Source of the DNA: Myxococcales bacterium
Lineage (GTDB): Bacteria > Myxococcota_A > Polyangia > Polyangiales > Polyangiaceae
Assembly: GCA_043747615.1 (NCBI GenBank)
Contig: JAYTOU010000098.1
Span: 1 to 28,246 of the forward strand
Direction of reading: 5' to 3'
Length of the DNA stretch: 28,246 nucleotides
Both the position numbers and the translations under genes were made by a program. Of the stretch, positions 26,352 to 28,246 are shown one piece after another (positions within the stretch are counted from its first letter, which is position 1; every line of letters begins with the position of its first letter). The notes beneath the pieces were generated by a model, which saw only the letters and a list, made by a program, of their open reading frames with translations, was not told the DNA's origin and ran no database searches.

Positions 26352-28246
26352 TTGGCGACCACCAAAACCTTCGGGCGCTACGAGCTGCTCGACCGCATCA
26401 GCGCGGGTGGGATGGCGGAAGTTTTTCGTGCGCGCGACACCAAGAAGGGCACGATCGTCGCGCTCAAGCGGATTTTGCCGCAAATCGCAGCCGACGACGA
26501 GTTCATCGAGCTCTTCGAGGACGAGGCCCGGGTCACCTCACGGCTCGAGCACCCGCACATCGCGCGGACCCTCGATTTCGGCCACGTCAACCACGCGTAC
26601 TTCATCGCGTTCGAGTACGTGCACGGCAAGGACCTGCGCACGATTTTCGATCGAGCGGTGCGCGCGCAGCGCTTCCTGCCCATGGATTTCCTGCTCTATA
26701 TTTTCACCCGAATAGGTGAAGGGCTGTCGTACGCGCACGCCCGGAAAGACCAGAACGGAGAGCCGGTTTCCATCGTCCATCGCGACGTGAGCCCTCAAAA
26801 CATCGTGCTCTCGACGGACGGAGACGTAAAGCTCATCGACTTCGGCATCGCCAAAGCGGCGGGGCAGCTTTCACGCACTCAAGTAGGCACGATTAAGGGG
26901 AAATACGGGTACATGAGCCCGGAGCAGGTCAGCGGCATCGGAATCGACGCTCGCACCGACGTCTTCTCGATGGGGATCTGCATGTGGGAGCTGCTCACGT
27001 TGAAGCGGCTCTTTCATGGGGAGAACGAGCTAATCGTCCTCCAAAAAATTCGGAATATGGACATCGAGCCCCCCTCGCGTCACAACCCGGACGTCGCGCC
27101 AGAGCTCGATAGAATCGTCTTGAAGGCGCTCGCCAAGGATGTGAACGAGCGCTACCGTGCCGCAAAGGAACTCTACAGAGACCTGAACACTTTCTCTCAA
27201 AGTATCCAGGCGGTGGCCACGCGCGAAGAGATGGCGCAAACCATGCGCCGAACGTTTCCGGAGTTGGCGAATGGGCCGTCGGAGACGGACGCCGTTTCGT
27301 CGAAAAGCAGCAGCCGCAGCACCGAAATCGCAAAGGGGTCAGAACGACCCTCGGCGCGACAGGAGATGGGGAAGATGGCAGCAGAGAACAAGGGCTCGGA
27401 TCTGGATATCTTCGAGGGCCTCGGCAAGAAGAACAAACCCCCGCAGTCCTCTGCGCCGCCGCCCGCGCCGCCATCGTCCATGCGTACGCCCGCCGCCGCA
27501 CCGTCCAGCGCCGCGGCTCCGGAACCCGTAGGCGTCCCGGTGAAGAAGCCCATGATGCTGAGCAAAAAGACGCTCATGGGTATTCCGGCGCCCTCCGCGT
27601 CCAACAGCGCCCCCCCCTCCGGAAAAACCCCGGTCGCCGCACCGTCATCGCAGCCCTCTCACCGCGCGGCGCAGGCCTCGAATGCACAGCCCGCCGGGCG
27701 TGGGTCGTTGCCCGCCGTCTCCGCACCCCCGCGGAATGCGGGCCCGAGTGCAGCGAGCGCACCTGCGCCTGCCTCGACGCGACCCGCTCCGTATGCGCCG
27801 AATACCAGGCCCGGCGGCATCGAGATGGACTGGGACGACGAGAACGAAGCCACCCACGTCTTCGACAAGGACAAGGCCGACGACGCGAATGCGTTGCCCC
27901 CCGTCTCCCAACGCCCCTCCGCCAACATGAAGGCGCTCTCGGCACCGCCGCCGCCTCCGCCTCCACCAGGTCTCTCCGGGCCCCCAAAGGGGCGGACCTC
28001 CGGGCCTCCCCCGCCCCCGTCGCTCAGCTTCGCGCGGACGGCGCCCTCGTTCACGCCACCTCCGCAGCTGACGGCCCCGCAGTCGAACCATTCCCAACAT
28101 ATGCCCCAGGGGAATGCCGGCGCTGCGCCGCCTCCGACCATCCAGCCGCAAATCCACACCGCGCCGATGCCGATGCCAAATCAGCAGCGCCAGAGCAACC
28201 CGCCGCCGGGTCACCTGTACGCGGCGCCGCAACTGCAGCACCCGTC
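26352..28246 (+). CDS. Hanks-type Ser/Thr protein kinase with long Pro-rich tail, 3'-truncated (absent from the supplied ORF track)
   Basis: Manual translation from TTG 26352: ATTKTFGRYELLDRISAGGMAEVF, ALKRIL, HRDVSPQN, DFGIAK, GYMSPEQ and DVFSMG. No stop codon before the window end. Confidence 0.93.
   Translation, partial: MATTKTFGRYELLDRISAGGMAEVFRARDTKKGTIVALKRILPQIAADDEFIELFEDEARVTSRLEHPHIARTLDFGHVNHAYFIAFEYVHGKDLRTIFDRAVRAQRFLPMDFLLYIFTRIGEGLSYAHARKDQNGEPVSIVHRDVSPQNIVLSTDGDVKLIDFGIAKAAGQLSRTQVGTIKGKYGYMSPEQVSGIGIDARTDVFSMGICMWELLTLKRLFHGENELIVLQKIRNMDIEPPSRHNPDVAPELDRIVLKALAKDVNERYRAAKELYRDLNTFSQSIQAVATREEMAQTMRRTFPELANGPSETDAVSSKSSSRSTEIAKGSERPSARQEMGKMAAENKGSDLDIFEGLGKKNKPPQSSAPPPAPPSSMRTPAAAPSSAAAPEPVGVPVKKPMMLSKKTLMGIPAPSASNSAPPSGKTPVAAPSSQPSHRAAQASNAQPAGRGSLPAVSAPPRNAGPSAASAPAPASTRPAPYAPNTRPGGIEMDWDDENEATHVFDKDKADDANALPPVSQRPSANMKALSAPPPPPPPPGLSGPPKGRTSGPPPPPSLSFARTAPSFTPPPQLTAPQSNHSQHMPQGNAGAAPPPTIQPQIHTAPMPMPNQQRQSNPPPGHLYAAPQLQHP

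Noticed and set aside
26348..26719. ORF-track ORFs 26348..26719 and 25978..26715
   Set aside because: Wrong frames; the real gene is the kinase starting at 26352, which runs off the window.

Overview
Mostly a core-genome region of a high-GC myxobacterium (Polyangiaceae-like, inferred from gene content: two Hanks-type Ser/Thr kinases plus PEGA/TPR, lamin-tail and Cys-rich lipoproteins). Housekeeping genes are gatA, truB, glnD, pyrC, carA, rimO and tRNA-Leu(CAG). The first ~1.25 kb (5'-truncated GNAT, gatC, 5' end of gatA) looks alphaproteobacterial in protein sequence and is lower in GC. It switches to myxobacterial-type sequence inside the conserved GatA motif [17 protein letters not shown], so gatA appears chimeric; an assembly misjoin is the most likely cause, and true recombination is the alternative. 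I found no mobile element, CRISPR array, defence system or biosynthetic cluster, and I cannot support a clear new multi-gene system. The best biological leads are a kinase with GYF_2-like and MshEN-like/DUF4388-type modules, a large protein with an internally duplicated phosphodiester-glycosidase-like domain, and the adjacent kinase (missing from the ORF track) with a possible internal start. Several uncharacterised Cys-rich proteins are also present. All family assignments come from motif recognition, not database searches.
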